NCBI GenBank assembly: GCA_964461215.1
Contig: CAYWTP010000002.1
Coordinates: 1 to 43,071, forward strand
DNA from: an uncultured Ectothiorhodospiraceae bacterium
GTDB lineage: Bacteria; Pseudomonadota; Gammaproteobacteria; JAABTG01
DNA length: 43,071 bases
Reading direction: 5' to 3'
The position numbers and the translations under genes were made by a program. This document shows, piece after piece, positions 33,663 to 41,704 of this stretch. The notes under the pieces are model-generated. The model saw only the letters and a list, made by a program, of their open reading frames with translations, was not told the origin of the DNA and did no database searches. Position 1 is the first letter of the stretch; each line of letters starts with the position of its first letter.

Positions 33663-36127
33663 GGTCCCGCCTGCGGCACGTGGAATGAGGCGGGAGGCTG
33701 CCCCGCCATGTGCCGCTCCCACATCATCCGGTAGGCCTGCTCCAGGTGGCGTACCGTGCGGGCGGTGTCGAATAGCGGGTGGGACAGCCGATTCCGGGCG
33801 AGCCGGGCGCGGACGGATTCGAGCTTCTCGGGATGTGCCGCCAGGGTGAATGCCTGCTCGGCGTAAGACTCCGCAGTGTCCGTGATCAGGTCCGGCAGCC
33901 CCAGCGCGGTGAGGAGGCTCGCGGCGACGCGGCTGGGAGGCCGCTCGCCGGCACAGGTAAGAACGGGAAGCCCCGCCCACAGGGCATCGCAGGCGGTGGT
34001 CATGGCGTTGAAATCGAAGGTGTCCAGAAACAGGTTCGCTAGACTATAGCGGGCCAGATGCTCCTTCTTGCGCGGTAGCCGCTCGGCAAACACCAGGCGC
34101 TGTGGCGCCACGCCGCGGGCTGCCGCCTCGCGGCGCAGATTCGGTGCCGCCTGCCGTCCCCCAACGTTGAGCCACAGGACGCTGCGGGGAAGCCGCCGCA
34201 GCAGATCCATCCACACGCCGAACACCACCGGCTCGATCTTGTAGGCATTGTGAAAGGCGCAGAAGACGAAGCCCTCCGGGGGCAGGCCGAGTTGTCCCCG
34301 AGCGGGAGGCATCTCGTTGATGAGCTGCTGATCATCGTAGATGAAGAAGGTGCCGGGTAGGTACACCAGCTTCTCGCCCCACCGATCCTCGACGCCTACA
34401 GGTGTGGCCACGGCATCGGTGAGGCGATACTGCATGAACTCGGCCCCCATGGTGCCCGGCATCCCCAGATAGCTGACCTGTATCGGGGCGGGCTGCATGG
34501 CCAGGATCTCGGTGCGCGAGAACGTGGTATAGCCGGCGAGATCCACCAGGATCTGGATCCCGTCCGCCCTGATCTGTCGGGCCGCCTCGGCGGCGTCCAG
34601 GTGCTGGAGGTCGCGGAACACGTCGCAGCCCTTCTCGATGTCGCGGCGGTAGCGACTGCCGTCGTCGGGTTGCAGGGAGTAGCCATAGATCTCGAACTGG
34701 GTGCGATCGTGCAGAGCGTACAGTCGGCGCGTGAGCTGCCCGTTGGGGTGCTCCCGGAAATCCGGAGAGATATACCCAATCCGCAGCCAGCCCGCGTCAA
34801 AGTTGGTGTGCAAGAAGGGCAACTCTGCCTCACCCTGTACGCTGGCCTGGACTCCTGCCGAGACAGTGCGCGCCAGCAGCGCCGGCAGCTCGTGAGACAG
34901 GGGCAGGGCCAGGCCGTGGTAGACCAGGGATCGCTCGGAAATGGGACTGCCCTGGCTCGCAGCCTCGCGGATGAACCGCTCCATCGTGTTCAGGTAACGC
35001 TCGCGGTCGCCCCAGTCGCAGCGCAGCAGCCGCTCCCAACCCGCATTCAGGTAGATGGGGCGCGGGTCGGGTGAGCCGGGGCCATAGACGTCGGCGAAGC
35101 CCTGGGGGTCCAGGCCCCGGGCGGCTTCCAAGCCGGCGCGGGACTCCGCTAGGCGGCCCAGGGCAGCCAGGGCGAAGGCGCGCTGCATGGCGGCCCGCGG
35201 ATGGCCAGGGCTCAGTGCCAGCGTCCGCTCGCTTGTTTCGAGCGCTGCCGGAAAGTGGCCTAACGCGAACAGGACCTCGGCCTGCGTGCTGTGTACCTCG
35301 GCCACGTCTGGGCTGATCTCGGCCAGCCGGTGGTCGTTGGCCCGGGCCTCTCCGGAGCGGCCCAGAGCAAGCAGCACCACGCCCCGGCGAAGGAGCGCGC
35401 CGGCATGTCGTGGCTCCAGGTCCAGCACCGCGTCGAAGCCGGCCAGGGCCTCTTCCAGCCGCCCCAAGGCGGTCAGGGCCACGGCGCGGTCGAAGGCGGC
35501 ACCAAGGTTGCGCGGGTCGAGCTTCAAGGCCTCGTCGGCGGCAGCCAGGGCCGGCGCGAAGCGCTTCAGCGCCAGCAGAACCTCGGCTCGATTCAAATGA
35601 GCCGCGGCCATGCCCGGATGGGCGCCGGCCAGGCGGTCGTTGTTGGCCAGTGCCTCCTCCATCCGGCCCAGCTGGGTCAGGACCACGCCGCGATTGAGCA
35701 GCGCGTCCGCAAACCGCGAGTCGTGGGAGAGGGCCGCATCATAGTGCTCCAGGGCTTCCGCCTGACGCTGCAGGTGCTCCAGAACCACGCCGGCGTTGGT
35801 CAGTAGCTGCGGATCAGCGGGACTGAGGGCCAGAGCCTGACGGTAGCCGTCCAGGGCTTCGGCCTGGCGGCCGAGCACGGATAGCATGTTGGCGCGCGCG
35901 CTGTGGGCCTGGACGTTGGAGGGCCCGGCGTCCACTGCACGGCTGAAGGCTTCCAGGGCCTCAGGAAACTTTCCCAGCAGGTGGCGGGCGACGCCCAGCA
36001 GGAACCATGCCCGGGACTCGGCGGGGCTGATCTCGCAGCAGCGCAGCAGCAGCGGCTCCGCGACCACTGCTCTCCCGCTCTCCAGCAATGACCAGGCATA
36101 GTCGATGTCAGTAGTAGGGCGGCTCAT
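33659..36127 (-). CDS. TPR-repeat + GT41 (O-GlcNAc transferase/SPINDLY-like) glycosyltransferase
   Basis: 822 aa with about 10 TPR units in the N-terminal ~370 aa. The OGT-type catalytic region follows (IGYISPDFREHPNG, VDLAGYT, QVSYLGMPGTMGA, FVFCAFHNAYKI, FLDTFDFNAMTTACDALWAGLPVLT). Confidence 0.85.
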   Translation of the reverse strand: MSRPTTDIDYAWSLLESGRAVVAEPLLLRCCEISPAESRAWFLLGVARHLLGKFPEALEAFSRAVDAGPSNVQAHSARANMLSVLGRQAEALDGYRQALALSPADPQLLTNAGVVLEHLQRQAEALEHYDAALSHDSRFADALLNRGVVLTQLGRMEEALANNDRLAGAHPGMAAAHLNRAEVLLALKRFAPALAAADEALKLDPRNLGAAFDRAVALTALGRLEEALAGFDAVLDLEPRHAGALLRRGVVLLALGRSGEARANDHRLAEISPDVAEVHSTQAEVLFALGHFPAALETSERTLALSPGHPRAAMQRAFALAALGRLAESRAGLEAARGLDPQGFADVYGPGSPDPRPIYLNAGWERLLRCDWGDRERYLNTMERFIREAASQGSPISERSLVYHGLALPLSHELPALLARTVSAGVQASVQGEAELPFLHTNFDAGWLRIGYISPDFREHPNGQLTRRLYALHDRTQFEIYGYSLQPDDGSRYRRDIEKGCDVFRDLQHLDAAEAARQIRADGIQILVDLAGYTTFSRTEILAMQPAPIQVSYLGMPGTMGAEFMQYRLTDAVATPVGVEDRWGEKLVYLPGTFFIYDDQQLINEMPPARGQLGLPPEGFVFCAFHNAYKIEPVVFGVWMDLLRRLPRSVLWLNVGGRQAAPNLRREAAARGVAPQRLVFAERLPRKKEHLARYSLANLFLDTFDFNAMTTACDALWAGLPVLTCAGERPPSRVAASLLTALGLPDLITDTAESYAEQAFTLAAHPEKLESVRARLARNRLSHPLFDTARTVRHLEQAYRMMWERHMAGQPPASFHVPQAGP

Positions 36128-36216
36128 GGGGGTGTGGGCGGTCGCAGTGGCTGCAACCTACCGGACGCGGGTAGTGGGAGGCAAGCCGTGGAGGGGCTGA
36201 ACGCCGAACATCGCCA

Positions 36217-38367
36217 TCACCGGACGCTGAATGATGCCGGAGCCAGCCCCGCCGCGTGCCGCTCCCACATGATTCGGTAGGCGGCTTCCATGTAGCGTAC
36301 GGTGCGCTCGGTGTCGAACAGCGGATGGCTCTGCCGGCTTGTGGCGAGCCGATCACGCATCGCTCGCAACCGGTCCGGATGGGTGGCCAGATGCAACGCC
36401 TTCGCCAGATAGGCCTGGGGCGAGTCGGTGACCAGCTCCGGCAGTCCCACCGCGTGCAGCAGGCTGGCGGCAATCCTGCCGGCGGTGGCCTGCCCCAGAA
36501 AGGTCAGCAGCGGCAGGCCGGCCCATAGGGCGTCGCAGGCGGTGGTGTGGGCGTTGTAGATGAAGGTGTCGAGGAACAGATCCGCCAGCCGCTGCCGTGC
36601 CAGGTGATCGGGCAATCCCACCCGGGGGGCAAAGACCAGCCGCCGCGGGTCCACCCCTCGAACAGTCGCCTGGGCGCACAGGTTTCCGCGCGCCTGCGGG
36701 CCGGGATCGAGCAGCCATAGCACGCTGCCGGGCAGGCGCGACAGCAGATCCATCCACACGGCGAAGCCCACCGGCTCCAGCTTGTAGGCGTTGTTGAAGG
36801 CGCAGAACACGAAGCCCTCCTCCGGCAGGCCGTGGGCATGCCGCGGCGGCGTGTCCGGCGCAATGGGCTGGGCGTCGTCGTAGGTGAAATACGTGTGGGG
36901 AAGGAACACCAGCTTCTCCCGCCACCAGCGCTCGCTGCCCGCCGGGGTGACGAGGGCATCGGTGAGCCGGTACTGGACGAAGTCCGCGCCCATGGTCCCT
37001 TGCAGGCCCATGTGGTTCACCTGCACCGGCGCGGGCCGCAGTGCCAGGATCTCGCTATGGGCGAAGCTGGTATAGCCGGCCAGATCTACCAGCACCTGGA
37101 TGCCGTCGGCGTGGATGCGCTGGGCCGCCTCGACAGCCGCCAGCCCGTGCAGCTCACGGAACACGTCACAGCTCTGCTCAATATCCCGCCGCAGGCCGCT
37201 GCCGTCATCCGGGTGCAGGGAGTAACCGACGATGTCGAAGGCCGCGCGGTCGTGCAGGGCATAGACGCGGCGCATGAGTAGCGCGTTGGGATGCGCCGTG
37301 AAATTGGGCGACAGGTAGCCGACGCGCAGCCGTCGCGTCGTGCCAGACCAGCGTGTAAACGGCGCCGCCTCGCGCAACGCCGTCGCCTGCACCGCCCGGG
37401 CAACGCCTGTGGCCAAGCTCAGCCGGGTCGCAGGTGACAGGGGCAGGGAAAGCGACTGGAATACCAGTGCACGCTCTGGAATCGCGCGGCCTGCCGCTGT
37501 GGCCTCGTCCACGTAGCCATCGAGCTCGTCCACATAGCGTTCCCGATCGCTCCAGTCGCAGCGCATCTGCCGCTCCCAGGCCATCTGCAGGTAGATCAGC
37601 CGTGGATCGACGCGCTCGGTCAGCGGCGAGTGCAGTGCCGCGAAGCCCTCCGGGTCCAGTGCCCGGGCGGCCTCGAAGGCGGTCTGAGACTCATCCAATC
37701 GCCCGAGCGCGGCCAAGGCCAGACCGCGGTCAAACGCGGCCTTCAGGTGTCCCGGATGCAGGCTCAGTGCCCGGTCCGCGGCCGCCAGGGCGGGCTCGAA
37801 GCGGTGCAGCGCCAGCAGGACCTCCGCCCGGTTGAAGTGGGCATCGGGAAGGTCCGGGTGAGCGGCCGCGAGGCGGTCGTTGTTGGCCAGGGCCTCCTCC
37901 AGCCGCTCCAGGCGGATCAGGAGCACGCCGCGGTTCATCAGCGCCGGCGCATAGTCGGGCACTTGTCGCAGGGCGGACTCATAGTGCGTCAGGGCCTCGC
38001 CGTCGCTGCCCGTCTGCTCCAGGACGATCGCCAGGTTCACGTGAAGCTGCGCGTCCAGGGGGCTGCGGCGCAGACACTCACGGTAGCCTTCCACGGCCTC
38101 GGCCACCCGCCCAAGCAGGGCCAGCATGTGTGCCCGCGCGCTCAGGGCCTGCGGATGGGACGGGTCGTGGTGGATGCTCTGCTCAAAGGCCGCCAGCGCG
38201 CCCTCGAGCCTGCCCTGTTGGTGGCGGGCGGCACCCAGCAGGAACCAGGCCCAGCCGTCGCCCGGCGACGCTTCGCACCAGCATGCCAGCAAAGACTCCG
38301 CCTGTGCGGCCTCCCCGTTTTGCAGGAGGGACGAAGCGTGCCGGATGTCGTGATCAGCTTCGGGCAC
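36217..38367 (-). CDS. TPR-repeat + GT41 (OGT/SPINDLY-like) glycosyltransferase, tandem paralogue
   Basis: It has the same catalytic blocks (VGYLSPNFTAHPN, VDLAGYT, FVFCAFNNAYKL, FLDTFIYNAHTTACDALWAGLPLLT). I chose the GTG start at 38367 because MPEADHDIRHASSLLQNG then aligns residue-for-residue with MSRPTTDIDYAWSLLESG of the paralogue. An alternative ATG lies at 38499. About 3 fewer TPR units than the paralogue. Confidence 0.75.
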   Translation of the reverse strand: MPEADHDIRHASSLLQNGEAAQAESLLACWCEASPGDGWAWFLLGAARHQQGRLEGALAAFEQSIHHDPSHPQALSARAHMLALLGRVAEAVEGYRECLRRSPLDAQLHVNLAIVLEQTGSDGEALTHYESALRQVPDYAPALMNRGVLLIRLERLEEALANNDRLAAAHPDLPDAHFNRAEVLLALHRFEPALAAADRALSLHPGHLKAAFDRGLALAALGRLDESQTAFEAARALDPEGFAALHSPLTERVDPRLIYLQMAWERQMRCDWSDRERYVDELDGYVDEATAAGRAIPERALVFQSLSLPLSPATRLSLATGVARAVQATALREAAPFTRWSGTTRRLRVGYLSPNFTAHPNALLMRRVYALHDRAAFDIVGYSLHPDDGSGLRRDIEQSCDVFRELHGLAAVEAAQRIHADGIQVLVDLAGYTSFAHSEILALRPAPVQVNHMGLQGTMGADFVQYRLTDALVTPAGSERWWREKLVFLPHTYFTYDDAQPIAPDTPPRHAHGLPEEGFVFCAFNNAYKLEPVGFAVWMDLLSRLPGSVLWLLDPGPQARGNLCAQATVRGVDPRRLVFAPRVGLPDHLARQRLADLFLDTFIYNAHTTACDALWAGLPLLTFLGQATAGRIAASLLHAVGLPELVTDSPQAYLAKALHLATHPDRLRAMRDRLATSRQSHPLFDTERTVRYMEAAYRIMWERHAAGLAPASFSVR

Positions 38368-38630
38368 GGGGTGCTCTATTGACGGTTTCTCCGCCGTGAC
38401 ACGCCACAGGCAGACGCCGGCGCGGTAGGAGGCTGGGAGGGTTGCGCCGGCACAGACATGCGATCCTTCAAGCCGTTGGCGGCCACCATGGCCGGCCATA
38501 CGATGCCCAGCACACTGGAGCGAGGGAGGAGTGCCTCCAGCGCGCGAAGGGGACTTGAAGGGACGAGCCTTTCCGGTCCCCTCGCCGGCAACCGGGTCAA
38601 TAGATGATGCGGCCCGCTGCGAAGATCGGA

Positions 38631-40088
38631 TCAGTTCTTCTGGAAGGCCGCCGTACCCGCCATGTCCCCCCCGGCGCTCGCGGCGTCCAGATTGTTGATC
38701 CGGTAGCCGAGTCCGGCACGGGCGGCGCCTGCGCCGGCGAAGAAGCCGGACATGCTGGCGGAGCAGCTGGAGGCGCAAAGCGAGCCACCGACGGCGCCGC
38801 TGCCCGTGCTGACGCTGAAGGTGGGATCGGTTCCGCCCGCGCTGAAGCCGCTCAGCGATGCCCCGCTGATGCTGACATTGTCCCCGTTCGCAAACTGCCA
38901 GGCCATGTTCAGACTGCCGTTGCCAGAGTCGAAGTTGACCCCCATGTTCCCGGTAATGGTCGCGGTGCCCAGGGTGGCTGCGAGGGTGTCGTCGCCGTAG
39001 ACCGGTGCCGTATACCCCATCAGGGAGTAGGTAGCCGAGCCGTGGGGCAGCTCGGGTGTGGGGATGCCGGCCACGTAGGCCAAGCCGGCGCTGTCGTTGC
39101 TGAACGTGAAGCTGTTCGGCGAGCAGCAGGTAATTACACCGCTCTCGGTAATGGTGGGCGGGTCGACCCAGCGGCCCCAGGTGATGATGTCGTCGCCGCC
39201 GGCCCGCTGCAGCTTGGCGTCGCCGTGATCGGCCATGATGCCGCCCGTGCTCGTGAAGTCGGTGATGGCCCCGTTGGCGTCGAAGTGCGCAGTAACGCCC
39301 TCGCCGCCGTCAATCGTGTACTGACCGGAAATGCCACCTTCGACGCCGTCGGCGTAGGCATAGGTCAGGATGCCGTTGTCCGAGGACATGTCAGGGTGCT
39401 CAGTGCCGAGCTGGACAAGGGTCTGATCCCCGGCCACGAAGGTGGTCTCTTCGGACTGGGTGATGGCCTGGTTGATACCCTCCACATCGATCTCGATGCC
39501 CTGAGCCCGGAGAGTCTGAATCACCGAGTCGAGGTTCTTCACGTAACCCTGGTCGCCGATGTACAGGAGCTGGCAGCCGGCGTTGTTGCAGATCTCCACC
39601 CGGCCGTGACCTACCGTCACCGTCAAGCTGTTGCCCAGCTCGGCCAGGTACTCCGTGCCGCGGATGCCGATGGTGGCTACCGGCGTACGCACCCGGTAGG
39701 CGTTGCGGTGCGCTCTGCCGATGAGGCCGGTGATGGTGCGGAATCCCCCCCGGAGCAGGCTGAAGAAGCTGCGTTCCTTGCCGTCGGACTTGCCTTCGTA
39801 GTTGTACGAGTCGACACGGAACTGGCTGTTGGGCTGCACCGACACCTTGGCGCCGTCACTGAAGCGGAGCTGGGCCAGACCGACGGCGGTCTCGATAGTG
39901 TCGCCGGCAAGCACCGGGGCGCCCTTCGTCAGGGGCCGGCGCTGCCCATCGGCGCCAATGGCGACCACCTTGCCGAAGGCGAAGTCTACGCGGCCGGCCG
40001 CGGCAAAGCCTGTGACCGGCAACGCGGCGGCGATGAGGGCCGCCAGGGCGGCCCGCTTGTTGAGCTTGAACTTGTCGCTGGGAGGCAT
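38631..40088 (-). CDS. secreted FecR-domain protein with a TbpB/fHbp-type C-terminal 8-strand barrel (putative T11SS/Slam cargo)
   Basis: 485 aa. The signal peptide has no lipobox Cys (AALIAAALPVTGFAAAG). FecR-like blocks: GKVVAIGADGQRRPLTKGAPVLAGDTIETAVGLAQLRFSDGAKVSVQPNSQFRV and VRTPVATIGIRGTEY. C-terminal signature: ATYSLMGY..MGVNFDSGNGSLNM..ISGASLSGF..MSGFFAGAGAARAGLGYRI..GTAAFQKN. AAGGAG RBS upstream. Confidence 0.7.
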   Translation of the reverse strand: MPPSDKFKLNKRAALAALIAAALPVTGFAAAGRVDFAFGKVVAIGADGQRRPLTKGAPVLAGDTIETAVGLAQLRFSDGAKVSVQPNSQFRVDSYNYEGKSDGKERSFFSLLRGGFRTITGLIGRAHRNAYRVRTPVATIGIRGTEYLAELGNSLTVTVGHGRVEICNNAGCQLLYIGDQGYVKNLDSVIQTLRAQGIEIDVEGINQAITQSEETTFVAGDQTLVQLGTEHPDMSSDNGILTYAYADGVEGGISGQYTIDGGEGVTAHFDANGAITDFTSTGGIMADHGDAKLQRAGGDDIITWGRWVDPPTITESGVITCCSPNSFTFSNDSAGLAYVAGIPTPELPHGSATYSLMGYTAPVYGDDTLAATLGTATITGNMGVNFDSGNGSLNMAWQFANGDNVSISGASLSGFSAGGTDPTFSVSTGSGAVGGSLCASSCSASMSGFFAGAGAARAGLGYRINNLDAASAGGDMAGTAAFQKN

Positions 40089-40107
40089 GCTCGCTACTCC
40101 TTGCCGG

Positions 40108-41463
40108 TTATTGGAAGTCGCGGCGTAAGGTGACGTAGACCATGGTGCGGTTGTAGTCGCTGACCGAAACGTTGGAGTTGTTCCGCGAGTAGCTGATCTG
40201 CGGCGTCACACTCCAGCCCCGGGCCGGCACATAGCGTACCCCTGCCCTCAAATCGTAGTAGTTGTCGCGTCGAGAGACCAGAAACAGCGGCGTGGTGCCG
40301 TCGTAGTTGCGGTGCTCGGCGCTGGCCGCGCCGAAGATCAAAGTCTTGGCGTTCGCCCTGGCCTGGGCGCCCAGCCGCAGCCCGTACAGCTTGTTGCTCA
40401 GATAATCGACACCCGAGGCCAGCGCGTTCTCCTTGCCCACGTAGGCGCCTGCGTAGACCACCGGCGCCCAGTCACCACCCAGCGCCCGGGCATAGGCCGC
40501 GCCGGCCACATACCGGTTGGCGTTCCTCTGGTCGTTGGCGGGCGAGGTGTCCGTATTGGCATAGTCGAGCCGGGTGATCTGGGCGTAGGCGCTTACCTGG
40601 TTGTTGCGGTCCAGGTTGCGCTGCCATTGGCCTACCAGTGCGTACGCGTCCCGATAGGTGTTGCGATCCAGGGTAAACCGCTCTCCCTGCAGGCCTACGG
40701 TATAGGTGTCCTCACCCTGGCTCAGGGCCAGCGCGACGTCGGCGTTGACGCCGCCGGTGTCGAATCGAGAGTTGTCGCCCGCGTTCCAGCGCTGATTCAC
40801 GGCGCCGTTGGCGAGCAGGGTCAGTCGGTCGGACAGGGCGTGCTTGACGCTGGCGCCGGCCGTCACGCGGCCGAAGTTGGCGCTGCTCTTTCTGGCCGTC
40901 GCGTCGAGGGTGGCGGTGAAGGCACCAAAGGGCGTGGACAGAGCGACCGCACGCTCGGAGGTGGCGCTGTTGACGTTGCTGTCGTGCCCCAGGGTCAGGG
41001 ACAGGTAGCCCGTTACCTTGGTGGTTTCCGGCGTCTGAATTCTCTGGATGGCGTCCAAATAACGCTGGATGGTCGCCTGGGCGGCAGGTGGCGGACCTTC
41101 CTTCCTGACCGCTTCCAGCTCTCGCTTGGACCGGTCCAGCTCCCGCAACTCGAAGTAGGCCCGGCCAAGCTCGGCTCTGGCCTGGGCGTGATTGGGGTTG
41201 ACCGCCAGCACCCGCTCCAGGGCGAACACCGCCTCGGCCGGCTGGCCGCTGTCGAGGGCTGCGATGCCGAGGAGGTAGTCGTAGTCAGGATTACCCGCCC
41301 TTTCCGATTCATGGGGGGCGAGCAGCGCGTAGGCGCTCTTGGCATCACCGCTGGTCATCAGACTGTTGGCCTGGTCCAGCAGGTCGTCTGCGGAGGCCAG
41401 ACCCGGAAGAGCCACCAGCAACAGCGCTACGAGCGCCGACCGAAACAGAGCTGAGCTTCGCAT
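40108..41463 (-). CDS. Slam-like (DUF560) outer-membrane protein: TPR N-domain + beta-barrel (type XI secretion translocon candidate)
   Basis: 451 aa. Signal peptide LVALPGLASA|DD. TPR-like region: YDYLLGIAALDSGQPAEAVFALERVLAVNPNHAQARAELGRAYFEL. Then a long alternating-strand region (GYLSLTLGHDSNVNSA ...) ending MVYVTLRRDFQ. Confidence 0.75.
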   Translation of the reverse strand: MRSSALFRSALVALLLVALPGLASADDLLDQANSLMTSGDAKSAYALLAPHESERAGNPDYDYLLGIAALDSGQPAEAVFALERVLAVNPNHAQARAELGRAYFELRELDRSKRELEAVRKEGPPPAAQATIQRYLDAIQRIQTPETTKVTGYLSLTLGHDSNVNSATSERAVALSTPFGAFTATLDATARKSSANFGRVTAGASVKHALSDRLTLLANGAVNQRWNAGDNSRFDTGGVNADVALALSQGEDTYTVGLQGERFTLDRNTYRDAYALVGQWQRNLDRNNQVSAYAQITRLDYANTDTSPANDQRNANRYVAGAAYARALGGDWAPVVYAGAYVGKENALASGVDYLSNKLYGLRLGAQARANAKTLIFGAASAEHRNYDGTTPLFLVSRRDNYYDLRAGVRYVPARGWSVTPQISYSRNNSNVSVSDYNRTMVYVTLRRDFQ

Positions 41464-41598
41464 AGGTCTCTACTACCCCTTGTTCCCCCCAGCCGCGTGC
41501 GGCGTGGAGCGGAGCGTGTTGGATGCCGGAAACCCGTTCACGGGTTCCCCCCTCTCGTTCCGGCGGACACGGACACCGCCACAGATGTTAAGTTATTG

Positions 41599-41610
41599 CA
41601 ACAATTGTTG
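41599..41610. promoter_or_regulatory. perfect 12-bp palindrome in an AT-rich island upstream of the Slam-like gene
   Basis: CAACAATTGTTG (41599-41610) lies inside the AT-rich stretch GATGTTAAGTTATTGCAACAATTGTTGTTTTCC (41584-41616), about 135 nt upstream of the start at 41463. Confidence 0.3.
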
Positions 41611-41704
41611 TTTTCCCGCAATGGTAGCCTGCCGTCCCGACTTCCGCAAGGGGGGCTGGGCAGTCATTGCATGCGGACGGATTGGTGCCTGCGCTCGGCG
41701 ATGA

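Noticed and set aside
33663-33980. N-terminal extension of the HExxH ORF (269-aa version)
   Set aside because: It lies entirely inside the GT41 gene in another frame. The internal ATG at 33662 forms an ATGA stop/start overlap.
36217-38778. Full 853-aa version of the first GT41 ORF
   Set aside because: The N-terminal 137 codons are Arg/Gly-rich, would overlap the 3' end of the cargo gene, and have no counterpart in the paralogue. The GTG at 38367 gives an exact N-terminal register with the paralogue.
38604-41454. Plus-strand ORFs 38604..40133 (509 aa) and 40312..41454 (380 aa), antisense to the cargo and Slam genes
   Set aside because: They are Gly/Val/Ala/Arg-rich with no motifs. The minus-strand products have signal peptides and coherent domain signatures.
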